Below, piece by piece: positions 62,231 through 64,000 of a DNA stretch of 64,000 nucleotides. The translations under genes were made by a program, and so were the position numbers. The notes under the pieces are model-generated. The model made no database searches and was not told where the DNA came from. It saw only the letters and a list, made by a program, of their open reading frames with translations. Numbering within the stretch: the stretch's first letter is position 1; each line of letters starts with the position of its first letter. The DNA is from Ginglymostoma cirratum (lineage: Eukaryota), in NCBI GenBank assembly GCA_024137785.1, contig JAHRHZ010000066.1, positions 4,962,601 through 5,026,600 of the forward strand, in the 5' to 3' direction.

Positions 62231-64000
62231 GAGTGGAAGCAGATACAAAAAAAGGAAAAGGATAACTAAAATTAGCATTGGTTGTCTAGAGGATAAGATT
62301 GAGGAATCGATGGGAGATAATGAGGAAATGGTAGATGAAATAAATGACTATTTTGCTTCTGTCTTCATGTCTTTTGTCTTTGTAACATATATAAACCATG
62401 AAGTAAAAGGAAGAGAGGAACCTAGTGAAATTATAATCACAAGTGAAGTGATTCTGAACAAACTTATGGAGCTGTAGGTTGCTGAGTCTATGAGTCCTAA
62501 CGGACTTCATCCATGGGTCTTCAAAGAAGTGACTGATCAGGTGCTAGATATGTTGGTGTTAACTTTGCAAATTCGTTAGGTTCAGGAAAGATTAATCAGA
62601 TTGGCAAATTGCAAATATAGCCCCTGTATTTAAGAAGGGAGGGAGGCAGAAAACCGGAAACCATAGGCCAGTTAGCTTGGTGTTTGTCCAAGGAAAGCTA
62701 TTATAATTGATTATTACGGAGGTATAACTGGTCACTTGAAAAATCTCAAGGTAATCAGGAAGCTTCCACATGGTTTTGTGAACGGAGAACCACATTGAAC
62801 CAACTTACTGGAATTCCATGCAAGAGTAACACAAGTTGTGGGTAAAGGGCAGCTCACTGACGGACTGTGCTTGGATTCCAAAAAACGTTTGATAATATTA
62901 CACATAAAAGGCTATTGCACAAAGGTCAATCATATAGTGTATGGGTAACATATAAGAATGGAAAGAAGATTAATTGCTGAACAGAAAACAGAGGGTACAC
63001 ATGAATGGGTCTTTTTCAGGTTGGCAGGATTTATTAAGTGAGGTCTGGTGAGGATTTGTGCTGGGCCCTCAGCCCTTTACATTTCTTATCATTAACTTAG
63101 ATGAGAAGATCAAAGGTGTAATGGCTAAATTTTCAGATGACACAAAGATAGGCAGGAAAGAGATTTAGATTTATTGTCACATGTAAAAAATACAGTGAAA
63201 AGTGTTTATTCACATATTGTACGCAAAGTGTCGCCACACTCCACCACCATCTTGAAACACTGCATATAGTGTGAGATTTTACTGCAATGGAGTTCATTTT
63301 TCTCTCTTCTTCTTAGTCCTCCTCTGCTGTTCCTCCTGTCACTGCTTGACATTGGCTGGAGTCTGTGAAATGGGTTCCTGGGTCTCTGTAATGGGCTCTG
63401 GGGTCTTGGTTACAGGCCTCTGCCACTGTCACTCTTGCGACCACAGTATTCGAGCTGAAGCCATGGGCCGGGGGGTGTGCGGAGTCCATACCTCCTGTTC
63501 TCCAACGCTGCATCCAGACAATCCAACGCTCCTCCAGACCACTGCTGCCACTCTGCCGTCTGTCCCTTTTGTCGATGGTTCCGCTCCTTCAGGCTCCCAG
63601 GCCTAGTTACAGACCTGAAGCCTCGGCTCAGCCTGCGAGTCCGGGCTGGGGGAGTCAGCCCAGGGCCTGCTCTTCGTTCGCCTGGGCTGACCCTGGGCTT
63701 GGTTAGAGCTATGCCCGGCTCATCTTGGCATTGCTGCCGCTGCCACAGGAGGCCTCCTCTCTACACATTTACAACAAAATGAAGGTAAACAAGAAGAGCA
63801 AGAAGAGAAAAGAAAACACAAAAGAGACAGAAAGCAGACGGGTGTGGCCGAGCGCCAGGTTCAGCCCTGCTCCTCTGCTGCCATCTTGATCTGTTATCAA
63901 GTTTTGACGATGACATGAGAAGGATGCGTTAAAATAGACGTGTTAAGTGAGTAGGGTAAAATCAGGCAGGATGGAGTATAATATGGGGAAACATGTTGTT
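62231..64000 (+). mobile_element. CR1 LINE ORF2 fragment, interrupted at 63161-63888, continuing past the window end
   Basis: DNEEMVDEINDYFASVF, KKGGRQKTGNHRPVSL, HGFVNG, AKFSDDTKIG; resumes at ~63900. Confidence 0.8.
63161..63888 (-). mobile_element. Non-coding retroposon with YY1-like 5' end and Rex/Babar-like 3' tail
   Basis: Minus strand begins caagatggcagcag; ends cttttcactgtattttttacatgtgacaataaatctaaatct, similar to the Rex tail at 16789-16844. Confidence 0.5.

Overview
AT-rich, repeat-dominated eukaryotic DNA with no recognisable host protein-coding gene, rRNA, tRNA gene or CRISPR array. The repeat repertoire (HE1-like and Deu-domain tRNA-derived SINEs, abundant CR1 LINEs, Neptune-type Penelope-like elements, Rex1/Babar, Tx1/L1-like, L2, Gypsy LTR and Harbinger relics) suggests intronic or intergenic DNA of a cartilaginous fish, probably a shark; this is inferred from recalled repeat families, not from a search. 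Most long ORFs in the track are decayed transposon frames or microsatellite artefacts. The most structured signal is a set of Penelope-like element (PLE) insertions. One is a 2.9-kb copy with RT and GIY-YIG domains, inverted pseudo-LTRs and a 15-bp TSD. A second spans the 400-N gap and has a 17-bp TSD. Several are 100-230-bp fold-back minis. Most carry a minimal hammerhead ribozyme core (CUGANGA...GAAA-CGUC), intact in at least one copy, and the minis repeatedly truncate or invert at that core. Other notable structures are a twin-primed Tx1-like insertion, a Harbinger relic flanked by an unexplained ~90-bp direct repeat, and a YY1-headed non-coding retroposon. Boundaries of old repeats are approximate (tens of bp).
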